Assembly: GCF_001194135.2 (NCBI RefSeq)
Contig: NC_068983.1
Span: 100,900,669-100,964,668 of the forward strand
From: Octopus bimaculoides
Lineage: Eukaryota
DNA: 64,000 nt
Direction: 5' to 3'
The position numbers and the translations under genes are program-made. The first letter of the stretch is position 1, and each line of letters starts with the position of its first letter. Below the pieces are notes generated by a model. It was given only the letters and a program-made list of their open reading frames with translations, had not been told where the DNA came from and did not search any database. Below are positions 39,396-52,577 of this stretch, in pieces.

Positions 39396-40436
39396 CCCTT
39401 TCGTTACTAACCTGGCCGTAGCCGGCCGAAAATTTTTTGGTTCATAAGGCCAACCCGGTCGAGAGTACCCATTGTTATTTAAATGTATATTTGAACCCAA
39501 ATCTCATTAGTATATTCGTTAAAACACCTGATTTCACTTTACAGACAGTTGAGTTATTGTATCCGACATTGTTTGGCGTAATATTTGAACTCAGTGAATT
39601 TTGGAAGATTTTTTTTCCACATTTTTTGCGGGGTTAATTTTTTTCAACTTTGAAGATGGAGAGGAGTTTCATGCTATCAAGCAGTGGTTCCGAATTTGAA
39701 GGTTTTTCAACAGAAGATACAGAGATATCGAAGAAAAGAATGAACGAGCTACAAAAGCATGTGGGGAACGATAATGAATCGGATATTTCTGTATCCGAAA
39801 CTGAAAGTGGCGAGGATAATTTTACACCAGAATGGAGTAAAGATTTAAAAAATATTTTTATTAACAATTTTTCTGAGGAGACAGGGTCTACCCATAGTCT
39901 TTTTCAGGAAGCGAAACCTTTAGACTTCTTTTTCTTATTTTTTCCAGCATACTTGTTTGAAATGATTACTGCGGAAACAAACCGTTACGCAAGATGTAAA
40001 CAAGCCGGAAAAAAAGATAGCTTGTGGTTTCCTGCAACGGTAGATGAAATACCGGCATTTTTTGCCATAAATATTATTATGGGTATTAGACAGTTACCCA
40101 GAATAACAAATTACTGGAGCAATCAGGAACCTTTTGGCGATGAATATGTTTCCAGTATCATGACGCGAGTACGATTTGTGAAACAACCAATATTTACATG
40201 TGAGAGACACTAGCAGTACCCCCACCCCAGTACGTGGAGAACTTTGAGACAAAAGTTATGCAATAGAATTGATTAAGAACCCTTTCTTCAATTATGTTCC
40301 AAATATCACATTAATATGTTGATAAATAAAAAAGTTACAGGTGTTTAATGAGACTAGTCTAAATTCATGATTATTTTAGAATTTAATTGAAACTCATAAG
40401 AGGTGTATTTTGGTCAGAAATATAGTAACGAAAGGA
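39396..40436 (+). mobile_element. Internally deleted piggyBac with intact termini and an N-terminal transposase ORF (39656-40213)
   Basis: TTAA at 39392-39395 and 40437-40440; TIR (C/T)CCTTTCGTTACTA; ORF with acidic N-terminus and PLDFF..F, ETNRYA, EIPAFFAINIIMG, YWS, IMTRVRF piggyBac motifs. Confidence 0.92.
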
Positions 40437-40672
40437 TTAAACTGTCATTCAATGTCCATTTTCCCATGCTAACATGGATCAGGCAAAATTTATTGAGGAA
40501 GATGTTTTATGGTTGGATGCTCTTCTTGTTGCCAACTCTCACTAATTTCCAAGCAAGTATTTTCCCATAGACATGATTTTCACAAAAGACTGGAAGCAAA
40601 CAACCTCACTTGTATCATGATGATGCTCATTTACAATCATTACATGATGTCTAGACAAAGTACTCACATATA

Positions 40673-41904
40673 CAGGGGTTGGACAAAATAATGAGAACAC
40701 CTTAAAATTTCAAACAAATTTTGATATGGGGTAGGACCGCTTTTGGCAGTAATTACAGCTTGAATTCTACAAAGTGTGGACTCGTACAAACTTTAAATTG
40801 TTTCCAAAGGAATTTTTGTCCATTCTTCAGCTTATAACAGTCTCCAGTTCTTATAGCGATGATGGTGGAGGATATTGACTCCTTGTTTTTCTAAAATGCA
40901 CCATAAATGTTCAATAATATTGAGATCTGGGGACTGTGGTGGCCAGATAAGATGTTCAACTTCACAAGAATGTTTCTCATGCCATTCAATAACAACTTTA
41001 GCTGTGTGAATTGGTGCATTATCATCCTGAAAGATTGCATTTCCCTCCAGAAACCGTTCTGCAACCATACAATGAATTTGATCAGATAAAATGCTTAAAT
41101 AGTCTTGACTATTAATTCTGCCATGAAGGGAAACTATTGGGCCAGCAGATTTCCAAGATATAGCTCCCACTAGATCATCACAGATCCTCCTCCATGTTTA
41201 ACAATTGGAAGAAGGCAGTCTGGGTCAAATGCTTCTTTTGGCTGTATCCACACGTATACTCGGCCAGTGGTCGGAAATAAGGTAAAGGATGACTCGTCTG
41301 AGAAAATAACATTCTTCCACTTCTGTAGGTTTTTACTCCACTCTAAACTCTTTGCAACATTTGTTTTTGAAAGTAATAGTTTTCTGATTGCAGCCCTCCC
41401 ATGAAATCTGGCTTTGTACAGCTCCTGGCAAACAGTTTTTGTGGAAACTGGGTTCTCGAGGTGGTCATTAAGCTTGGGAGCTGTACTTTTGTGATCCTTT
41501 CTAAGAATTTGTGTAAGAGTCTGACGGTCCCTATCTGAAAGTTTTGGTTTTCTTCTGGAGTTTTGTTTCGATGAGTTTTTTTTCTCTCTTTCTCAAAGGC
41601 TGTCATTACGTTTGAGACAGTACTTTTTGATACACCAAACATTTCGGCTGTTTTCGTTACGCTAGCGCCTGCCATATGGGCACCAACAATTTGACCTCTT
41701 TGAAAGTCCGATGGATCTGTCATTTTAATGAATTTTAATTACCTTTTTCTGATGATATCTGAAAAGAAACAGCAATTTTAGTAAAACATATTAAACAACA
41801 CTAATAGTAAATGAAAAAATTTAAATTTAAAGAAACTTTTTATAGTTTTATAGATACTTCAAAATTATAATGCTAGGTGTTTCTATTATTTTATCCAACC
41901 CCTG
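40673..41904 (-). mobile_element. Near full-length Tc1-like (DD34E) transposon with frameshifts
   Basis: TA-flanked TIRs CAGGGGTTGGA(C/T)AAAATAAT; HTH MTDPSDFQRGQIVGA, IFSDES, FQDDNAPIH, WPPQSPDLNIIEHLW. Confidence 0.93.
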
Positions 41905-44900
41905 TATGTGTTTTTATATATATGAAGGCATGTGGCTTCAGCTCATGATCATAAGGTTGTGAGTTCAATTCCCAGCAGTGCATTGTGTCCTTGAGCAAGA
42001 CACTTTATTTCACATTGCTCCAGTCCATTCAGCTAGCAAAAATGAGAAGTACCTGTAATTCAAAGACCCAGTCTTATCACACTCCGTGTCACACTGAATC
42101 TCCCTGAGAACTACATTAAGGGTACACGTGTCTGTAGAGTGCTCAGCCATTCACATGTTAATTTAACGAGCAGGCTGTTCCATTGATTAGATCAGCTGGA
42201 ACCCTCATCATAACTGATGGAATGCCAGTTGCATACACACATACAACAGGCTTCTTTCAGTGTCTGACTACTGAATCCTCTCATAAGTCTCCAGTCAACC
42301 CAAGGTGCTGTGTGGTGGGACTGACCCTTAAATCACATGGTTGGGAAGCAAGTTTCTTAATCTCACAACTAGAGAAAAAAATAGTAATCTGCTAGACAAA
42401 AGCTTTACTTAACCTTTGGAGGTCATCACTGGTTCTTTTTTTCCTCCTGTCCCTTCTACCATTGTTTCAGTCATCTGAGCTGCTCTGAATTGGCTATTTG
42501 CATATAATATCCAACTAATCCTACATGATTCATCTGCCTCTCAGCAACTCTACTGTTTCATCTCTTAGACTGCATGCCACTTCCCTAGAGCTGTACCCTT
42601 CTAAACCCATATTTGCCCTTCAGTAACCAACTTGCAACAATCAAACAGAACATTGACCATATTAACTCCACCAAGTTATCCATATCCCGTAAAACTATTA
42701 ATATGAAAAGTGTGAAGTTGGAAAGAAGAGTTGCAACTTAACAGAAAAATTAACAAAGTTATTCACTCAAACATATATGATACTATAATGTATATTGCAT
42801 ACTTTTGCCTCTCAAAGCCTAATTTTTTTTACAAGTAATTATAATTGACTGCTGTGCTTTGTGTTCCCCACCCCCCCAAATTTAACTGCTTTAAATTAAA
42901 TGAAGCTCTGTGTTAAAAACATGTTTTACAATTTGAAAAAAGCAATATATGTGTTGATATATTTCAAATTGATGGATGCATTCATAACAAAGTAAAATTA
43001 TGACAGTAAAATAATCATAAGAGCATTTATTTTTATTATATTACCTTGTAATCATTTATATTGTCCTGAATAAATGTGAAGTGTGAAGTAACTAGTACAG
43101 CTGAGATAGAATGACTGCAGTAACAATAAAATGTTGATTCAACATTCAGTAATGTAGCTGTAGTATAGTATATAAACTATAAGTGCAGGCATTACTGTGT
43201 AGTTAAGTTTACTTCCCAACCACATGGTTCTGGATTGATTTCACTTCTGAAAATACCCAAGGAGAAACCCAATATATGCAATGCCTGGTCAAGACTGAAA
43301 AACTTTTGATCATAGGTCTGTTTATTCAATCAGCCCTGAATGAGCTGTTAATTAGAATCAGCTCATTTAGGGCTTAGCTGGATCTAAACTACAACAACAG
43401 ATTTTTAATTTGTAGAAATATCAACTGTTCAAGATGTCTCTGAGTAAAAAGTATTGGTTTATGTCTTACTGAACCAAACTTCACCATCAAACCAACCAGG
43501 TAACTTCTATGAATTGCATGCTTTTTAGAAATAGCAACAAAATTACTTCATTGTTTTCATTCACATTCAACTATCTTATAAAGGAAGAATACATTGGATC
43601 ATCATGGTTGGAATGTCTTTGAGCATAGGTCTGCAAGATCAGAGTTGACTTGGGTTTAAGAAGCAGCTGCACTTCAATCATTTTCCATTATATTATACTT
43701 CACTTCACTATAATATAGAAGAAATATAAATATGATACAAATAAACAAGAGTAATTCACACACAGTTCAGAAGCTGTCACCAAGTGTGGTTCAGGGCATT
43801 ACTTTCTGGTATTGAATCCTGAGACTCCTGAAAGTATCCATGTTCTTAGTGTTGAACTAGGATGGAATCCTGCCACATCCTTTGGGTAATTCACATATAG
43901 TTCTTAATAAGGCCACTGACATGATTTTCTTTTACCAATATTCTAGCATTTAAGTAGTCCACAAAATCCGAACATAGCTTTTCAATCAGATATTACTCTT
44001 CTACTTCTCATTCACATAGTTCAGATTATTTGATAATGTTGTTGATTCTAAGGACTGAGTTTCATGCCATTGCAGATGTAATTGGCCTCTACCAGGAGCA
44101 TCTTTGACCTGACTCACTTTTCTCTCAGTTTTTTTCGCTCTTTCTCCTGTTGTCCCTAACGACTTTCCATACTTCTCTACTCTCCATTTTGTCCTTGTCA
44201 TTCCAAGATGATGATGTAGTTCCTTTGGGAAGGGCCCCATAGCTTCCTGTCAGCTCCAAGCACTAAAGACAGGTAGTTTTTTTTTTTCAGCTATCCACAA
44301 CATTTATTTTAATAGTATATTTTTCTTTTAGTAAATATGCTTTTTCTTACACACACACACACACATATGGACTTACTTGATGCAGGGTGGGGGTTAAAGA
44401 TTTAAATAAATTATTTTGTTATTGTTGCTTAAATCCCAGCAGTGGACCACCACATCATCATTCCATAAAATGTGCTTATGGGGAGAAAAATCTGGAAAGC
44501 ATCCTAGCATTGCTTTATCTTAATGTACATTAAGCTTTAATGCTCCCTGCCACCTAAGTTATCCTTTGAGAAAGACTATCAAAGGCCGAATTTCTCAGTT
44601 TGCTTCATCCAATCACATTGGTACAAGCTTGAATAAAGCTACACAGATACATCTACCTTGAACAAATATATACTGCAATTGAACCAGTTGAATGCAGATA
44701 AATGCTAAATCAAGGGATATTAAGACGTTTATGCAGCAGAATAAATGTCTGAAATATAATGTTAATTAATACTGTAACGAACAAATTTTGAGGATGTATG
44801 ATTGTTCATTCTTTTCTATGATGACTTGAATATATACCCTCTATGGTGTATTAAATTCCAAAAAGTGAACTTAAGATTTATTTGTTGAGTGAAGTACCAT

Positions 44901-45448
44901 GTAATTGTTTGCCTTACACAATTTTATGTGTTCCTTACCATTTGATTATTTTGAAGTACTAATAAGGTACATGCCCATTTCCAAATCCCTATTCTCTTAC
45001 GTTACACACACACACACACACAGACACACACACACACAAACACATACACGTATTTATGTATATATCACTATCATCATGACCATTTAACATGTTTTCCATG
45101 CTGGTAGGGATTGGACAGTTTATTAGGAGAACTGGAAAATTCTACTGTCTGCTTTCACATGGTTTCTACCGCTGGATACCCTGTCCTAATGCCAACCACT
45201 TTACAGAGTGTACTGGGTGCTTTTTTATGTTGCACCAGCACTGGTAGGGTCACCAAGTACCTTGTAAGACAAAGACCCTCAACTGAGAGAAGTAGTATTG
45301 ATAGTGTAGGCTTTGTTCCAGTTGATGAGAGGTTAGTGTATAATAGAGGAATAGAAACAGGTGTCTTGCTGTTGAGCAGATACATAGCTATCCAAATTAG
45401 AAAAGAGAGGAGAGAGAAGATAGATAGATAGATACATACATACATACA

Positions 45449-45483
<35 letters not shown>

Positions 45484-45492
45484 TTATATATA

Positions 45493-46187
45493 TGTAGTGT
45501 GGATCTTGCATGCATGAAGTGGATTCGATCCACTATAGCCAAATTTAAATCAACACTGCAACAGAACTTTTCCCACGGTGGAACAATAGTTTTTCTCTGA
45601 CAGCAGTTTAATATTTTCCAGATGCCTTTAGCTAGGCCGAAACAATGTCTTCACCACTTGACCCTTCCTAACCTCTTCTACATCACCAAAAGTTAGAATA
45701 GAGATAACAAGACCACCAACTAAATCTATTGTTCTCAATAATATATCTATCCTTCTAGATCGTTATAAAAGCAAGGAAATCCCAAGAAAAATTTAGTTTA
45801 GTCACCAGTCAGTGACGACTCAACCAGTCTAGTCACATGGTGATGACTCAATGAGAATGAAGTCAGGCTGACTAGCTAGAACCTTGACTAGAGGGAGAAA
45901 GAAGGTTACAACCAGCCAACTATGATACACAACTTTCCTCGACTCTATAACTTTCACTAGCTCACTTTCTGTAACATTACCATATCTCTGTCTATATACT
46001 GCTACAAGATCATGTACACACATATACAGGCCGAAATTAACTTTCTTTACCTTGCATGCTTTACGAACTGTATTATACTATTACACTAACCTACCCGTTG
46101 TGGTATGGTATTTATTAAAGTAACGATAAATAAATATTTCTTTACAACTTCGATCACTGTTCTTCGTTCATCTATACAATTGTTACA
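45493..46187 (+). mobile_element. Possible solo LTR
   Basis: TG...CA ends flanked by TATA on both sides (inside TA microsatellite), non-coding, TATA-like and AATAAA motifs in the 3' half; unlike the surrounding repeats. Confidence 0.35.
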
Positions 46188-46616
46188 TATATATCCACAG
46201 ACATATATATATATATATACACACGGAGACACACACACACACATGTATAACCACATATAACACTGAGTAACCATGTACCTCCTCTGTAGCAAGAGACCTA
46301 TTTCTGCCTTGCTATTTCTCTGTTACATTCTAACCTTTCATCATCTGGCACTGGATCATCTTCTCTAATGCCCCCTCTGTTGTGGTGAGACACCTGCTTC
46401 TGTCTCTTTGTCACACTCTAACCTTTCATCCTCTGACACAAGTTCCCCTCCTCAAATGCCCTGCCCCTCTCATAATTCCTTGTCTTGCAAGTAATTTGGT
46501 TACTCTGCCAGTGCTGGTGCCGTGTTAAGAGCATCCAGTCCACACTATAATGTCGTTGGCACTTGGAAGGGCATCCAGATGCAAAAATCATGCCGAAACT
46601 AACCTTGTCTTTGCTA

Positions 46617-46678
46617 GTGCCATGTAAAAAGTACTGAGTCCACTCTGCAGAGTGGACTCAGTACTTTTTACATGGCAC
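46617..46678. repeat. Perfect 62-bp spacerless palindrome at a gap edge
   Basis: The sequence equals its own reverse complement and is centred on CTGCAG. Confidence 0.9.
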
Positions 46679-46977
46679 NNNNNNNNNNNNNNNNNNNNNN
46701 NNNNNNNNNNNNNNNNNNNNNNNNNNNNNNNNNNNNNNNNNNNNNNNNNNNNNNNNNNNNNNNNNNNNNNNNNNNNNNNNNNNNNNNNNNNNNNNNNNNN
46801 NNNNNNNNNNNNNNNNNNNNNNNNNNNNNNNNNNNNNNNNNNNNNNNNNNNNNNNNNNNNNNNNNNNNNNNNNNNNNNNNNNNNNNNNNNNNNNNNNNNN
46901 NNNNNNNNNNNNNNNNNNNNNNATATATATATATATATATATAATGTGTGTGTGTGTATATATATATATATACATAC

Positions 46978-47255
46978 ATGACCGATATCCAAAATACAGT
47001 GGAGAAGGCTAGCCACTGGATTTGGTTAAAAAGAGACGATGAGCGATGGCTAAAGAAATATTGAGCTTTGTTTTAATAATCAGTTGATCTAGCAAGCGGG
47101 TCCTCATATCAGTGAGGTGGGCCGGTGCGCATTAATGCTGTCTAGAGGTAGGCCCCGAAACGGCACGCATTCTCTCCTGATGACCCCATACACTTGCTGG
47201 CTTCCGGTATGCGGAGTTCCTGACTGGTAGCACTTGCATGTGCGAGTTGTTTGCA
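46978..47255 (+). mobile_element. 3' end of a HERO-like (RLE-clade) LINE with structured 3' UTR
   Basis: MTDIQNTVEKASHWIWLKRDDERWLKKY* (46978-47064) resembles the recalled AEKASxWLWxKR C-terminus of HERO elements; GC-rich UTR with several hairpins follows. Confidence 0.65.
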
Positions 47256-47681
47256 AGACATCATATAATATACATCATCAGCATCATTTAACATCCATTG
47301 TCCATGCTGGCATGGGTTGAACAGTGTGGCCAGAGCTGGCAAGCTAGAGGGCTGCACCAGACTCTAGTCTGATTTGCCATGGTTTTTATGACTGGATACC
47401 CTTCCTTATGCAAATACATACATACATACATACATACATACATACATACATACATACATACACATACATTCATACATACATATATACATACATACAAACA
47501 AACAAACAAACAAATGATCTAGAAGGTAGGTCAGATCTGGTAATACTGGGTTCATAATTAAGATGGTAGAAGAATAAAGACAACTAGAAAATTGTCATAT
47601 TGCAAGTTTGTTCATCACTTATTAAAACCATGATAGGTATAGTGAATACATGCACACACACACGTGTGTGTATATTCTGTG

Positions 47682-47724
<43 letters not shown>

Positions 47725-49238
47725 NNNNNNNNNNNNNNNNNNNNNNNNNNNNNNNNNNNNNNNNNNNNNNNNNNNNNNNNNNNNNNNNNNNNNNNNNNNN
47801 NNNNNNNNNNNNNNNNNNNNNNNNNNNNNNNNNNNNNNNNNNNNNNNNNNNNNNNNNNNNNNNNNNNNNNNNNNNNNNNNNNNNNNNNNNNNNNNNNNNN
47901 NNNNNNNNNNNNNNNNNNNNNNNNNNNNNNNNNNNNNNGAAAAGTGTCCAGTTGTTTACATCTTTAACTTCAAATATTTTGGGTTTGTTTTGATATGCTG
48001 GCTTGGATTGTTAAGTTTTCTATCATTTAAGAAATAAATGTGTTTTATAAAGGTAATGAAAGTATGCATGTATAAACCCGTAAAGATATTTTAATTTATT
48101 TTCCCCCTTCACTTCCGAAAACTCATCTGGCTCATAAAGTAATAAATATTTCACTTCAAATGCATTTTCTTCAGAACACTCTGCTTTAATCATTAAAATC
48201 ATAATGTTCAAAATGATATTTTGTTTCCTTTTTTTTCCTGTTTTTTTTTTCTCTCACGTATGCTGTTTTTTTTATGACTTTCAGGTCACTTTTGCTCATT
48301 TCTTTAATTACCTTTCAAGTCACTAGCATTTTAACTTCTCATAGTTAAAGACCTCAATGAATCTAGATCCATGTCTTTTACAACTAGTTTCAACTTACCT
48401 TTATTTTTGAATGCTCATACTTGGATTTAACTGTATTACTTAACATACTGTAGAAACTGAAATTTACCAATAATTGATTAGTAAGTAAACCTCTTCAATC
48501 ATTATAAAAGAAAAAAAATGTGTTTTGTAATATAGAGATTGTAACCAGATTTGTTCAAACTTCATTAGAAGCCTTCAAATTTCACCTCTAAGGAAATTTA
48601 TTTGAAATATTCCAAAATATTTCTCCAAATGAGTAAGGTATATTTGTCTTTCGTATTTTCTGTTGAAATGGGAACCAGAGGAATTTTTCTCTTTGTACAT
48701 TTTCTTATTGTGTCCCTCATTATTATTTTTTGTAATCTTAAGCAATTATTTCCTTTATCAGTTTTCTTCAGGGGATTTGCTCTTGTTGTTTATCAGGATT
48801 AGACTTATCTCACTTTGTTACAGTGTAGTTTGTAACAAATTTCAAGCAACTGGTATTTCAGTATTTTCTTCAGATTACTAAACCAAATCCTTAACCCTTT
48901 AACATTCAGATTATTCTGTCAAATGTAATCCTAATTTATTCACATTGTTTTAAATTAATCATGCATTATTTTGTAGCTTTGTGATTTCAATGATGTGAAT
49001 GTATATTTTTAGAATGACATTGTAGGGCAGGTGTGAGAGGCCTCCAAATTGTAGCTTTAGCATTTCTTGTTTGTTTTTCTCCCAGCTGACAAACAGATTT
49101 CGATCCTACTTCAAAGCTGGGTAGTGGTAAAAATGACATTCTAGCAATAAATAAATTTTCCTCCTTAAACCATCTACAAATGATAGCATTAAAAAAAAAA
49201 AGAATGTATAACTCTATGAATCATAACAATTACTTTCT

Positions 49239-49270
<32 letters not shown>

Positions 49271-49332
49271 GCATGCGTTCATGCATGCATGTGTACGTGC
49301 ATTTGTGCATGTGTGATATTTGTTAATTAGAA

Positions 49333-49545
49333 GGCAGCGAGCTAGCAGAAAGGTTAGCACGCCGGGTGAAATGCTTAGCGGTATTTCGTCTGTCTTCACG
49401 TTCTGTGTTCAAATTCTGCTGAGGTCGACTTTGCCTTTCATCCTTTTGGGGGTCAATAAATTAAGTACCAGTTGCATACTTGAGGCAATCTAATTGACTG
49501 GCCCTCTCCCTCAAAATTTCGGGCCTTGTGCCTAGAGTAGAAAAG
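49333..49545 (+). mobile_element. SINE with 18-bp target-site duplication
   Basis: GATATTTGTTAATTAGAA at 49315-49332 and 49546-49563; body matches copies at 26590, 33520 and (reversed) 25200, 58830. Confidence 0.85.
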
Positions 49546-50477
49546 GATATTTGTTAATTAGAAATTAGTAAAGAAAAGTCATAATTTTGAAATATGGGTT
49601 TATTTTTCATATCTAACATTAGGTTTATTGTCGTGGAGTTCTACATACCAACCCATCTAAAACCTACCCTGGTTCTATAATGCAAATTTTCTGTTTTAAA
49701 GAAATCTAAATAAAAATATTTCCCTCAAAGTTTCATGTTAATTTATATTCCAAACAGTTTTATATTCACCAAGTTATATTTTTTGATAAATTCTTAATAT
49801 TTATATTTTTGATAAATTCTTAATATTCACAAAGTTATAAATTTTGATAAATTCTTCCTTATTTTCAAAATCAATTAAAACAAAGGCAGAATTGAAGGAG
49901 ATTGGACTGTTATTTCTAGCTGGTCAGTGAGTGTGTTGAGGCACAGTGGATATAAAGTTAACATGCTGAGTTAGTTAATCTAAACATTATGACTATAGCT
50001 GTAGTTTTCTGTTTCTGAACAAAGTACATAAACCCTTAATGACGCCTGGCTAACAAGTAGTATGCAAACTGACCTCGCCTGTGCTGGTACCACATAAAAA
50101 GCACTGAGTCCACTCTGCGGGGTTGTTGGTGTTAGGAAAGGCATCCAGCCATAAAAACTCTGCCGAAACAGGCACAAAAGTTTGGTGCAGACTTCTGCCT
50201 GACCAGCTCCTGTCGAACCATCCAAACAATGCCAGTATGAAAGGAGGATATTAGATGATGGTGATGATAATGGGGTAGATATATTTATTTATTTTGCATT
50301 TTGTAAATAATATCATTGTTGGTTACAAGCTTACAATATAGCAATGACTGGTTCACTGCATTTATGATACAAGGGTTTTTTTGGTGCAACACAAGGGCAC
50401 CAAATATTACAAGAAACTTTGAAGAATACAAGTTTATCAGTATGCCAATGGCCTATGATACGTCTTTCACTATTATA

Positions 50478-50513
<36 letters not shown>

Positions 50514-52386
50514 TNNNNNNNNNNTATATATATATATATATATATATATACGTGTATAAGGGATGACCACTAGGTGGACATCCAATATGCTAGAAAGAGG
50601 TCATCAATGACCCACCCACAAAGAAAAATAATATTCTTCAGAAAAAATTTCGCAAAACACCAGAACAGGACAAAGTGAGAAATATACAGAATAAAGAATT
50701 ATCTATGGACTGCAGTTTCAAACATTAACGTTTTATGTACATAACAACATCCGTGTTCTCATAAGCATAGCCGTTCTAGAATTAATATAATTTGCAGAAC
50801 TATACACGAATTGTCTTCATGAAATAAGATTTGCATATAGTTCTACCGATTACATTGGGGCTATTTTTCAAAATGCCTCAGCTCCGGCGCGCAAAATTCC
50901 GGAAACAATTCTGCAGAGAATAATTCACTGCAGTATATGTTGCTGGCTGGAGAACATAACTATTTAAATTAACGTGAGTTATTTAGACATTAACAAATTT
51001 ATTAGAATATTTAGCTGAAGATCAGAATAGAGTATTTATTTACTCTTAACTGTGAAACGGTCGTACTAAATTAACTAAAGGCAAGTGTTTTTTTACTCTT
51101 CTCTACTGTTTTTTGTTCTGTGTGTATCAAAAATATCGCTANNNNNNNNNNNNNNNNNNNNNNNNNNNNNNNNNNNNNNNNNNNNNNNNNNNNNNNNNNN
51201 NNNNNNNNNNNNNNNNNNNNNNNNNNNNNNNNNNNNNNNNNNNNNNNNNNNNNNNNNNNNNNNNNNNNNNNNNNNNNNNNNNNNNNNNNNNNNNNNNNNN
51301 NNNNNNNNNNNNNNNNNNNNNNNNNNNNNNNNNNNNNNNNNNNNNNNNNNNNNNNNNNNNNNNNNNNNNNNNNNNNNNNNNNNNNNNNNNNNNNNNNNNN
51401 NNNNNNNNNNNNNNNNNNNNNNNNNNNNNNNNNNNNNNNNNNNNNNNNNNNNNNNNNNNNNNNNNNNNNNNNNNNNNNNNNNNNNNNNNNNNNNNNNNNN
51501 NNNNNNNNNNNNNNNNNNNNNNNNNNNNNNNNNNNNNNNNNNNNNNNNNNNNNNNNNNNNNNNNNNNNNNNNNNNNNNNNNNNNNNNNNNNNNNNNNNNN
51601 NNNNNNNNNNNNNNNNNNNNNNNNNNNNNNNNNNNNNNNNNNNNNNNNNNNNNNNNNNNNNNNNNNNNNNNNNNNNNNNNNNNNNNNNNNNNNNNNNNNN
51701 NNNACCATAAAACGTTAATGTTTGAAACTGCTGTACATAGCTAATTCTTTATTCTGTATATTTCTCATTTTGTTTTGTTCACATGAGAGGAAAATGAGGA
51801 AATATGAGAAACTACAACTGCTTTGTGATAACAACGGTTGGTCGACTTCAGTGTGGCCGGTAGAAGTGGTCTGTAGAGGTTTCGCATCGCATGCCCTCTT
51901 TCCTTCGTTATACTGACTCGGTGCTCGTTGCTCTGAAGCCAAGGCACTAGAAAAGTTAGTATGTAGCGTTGCTGAAAGAGCTTCCTTTCATCTCTGGCTC
52001 TCAAGACAACAGAAATCATGGGGTATGCCCCGTGATTAAGACTGATCATGACGTAAAAGAGGGTGTGCCGATTCTCCCTTTCATAATCCACGTGATAACG
52101 GGACTGAAATGCACATGGAAAGGCGCACTTTGCTACCTGGAGACGCAGTTTTGTGTTTTGCACCCTTCGCATCATGGAAAACAGGTTGGTTTGAAGATTC
52201 ATATTGCCAGGTCTGGTTTCATAATCGGATCAGAAACGAATCTTTTTACCACCTTTTTCTGCTCCCTGGCAACTGATGATGAGGGAAGACTAAACTAACC
52301 TGTTTCCAATTAATTTTGGCTAATTCCTGCCAGAGTGTTTGCCATTTTTTGGCCAAGTTTATGGTATTTTTCATCATATTTTTATC

Positions 52387-52431
<45 letters not shown>

Positions 52432-52434
52432 TAC

Positions 52435-52483
<49 letters not shown>

Positions 52484-52509
52484 NNNNNNNNNNNNNNNNN
52501 NNNNNNNNN

Positions 52510-52577
<68 letters not shown>

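Noticed and set aside
44519-44534. 16-bp palindrome CTTAATGTACATTAAG
   Set aside because: Short and AT-rich with no supporting context; plausible by chance.
51704-52300. 145-aa and 109-aa ORFs in CpG-richer sequence
   Set aside because: No recognisable domain or splice sites; probably an unclassified repeat, but it cannot be assigned by eye.
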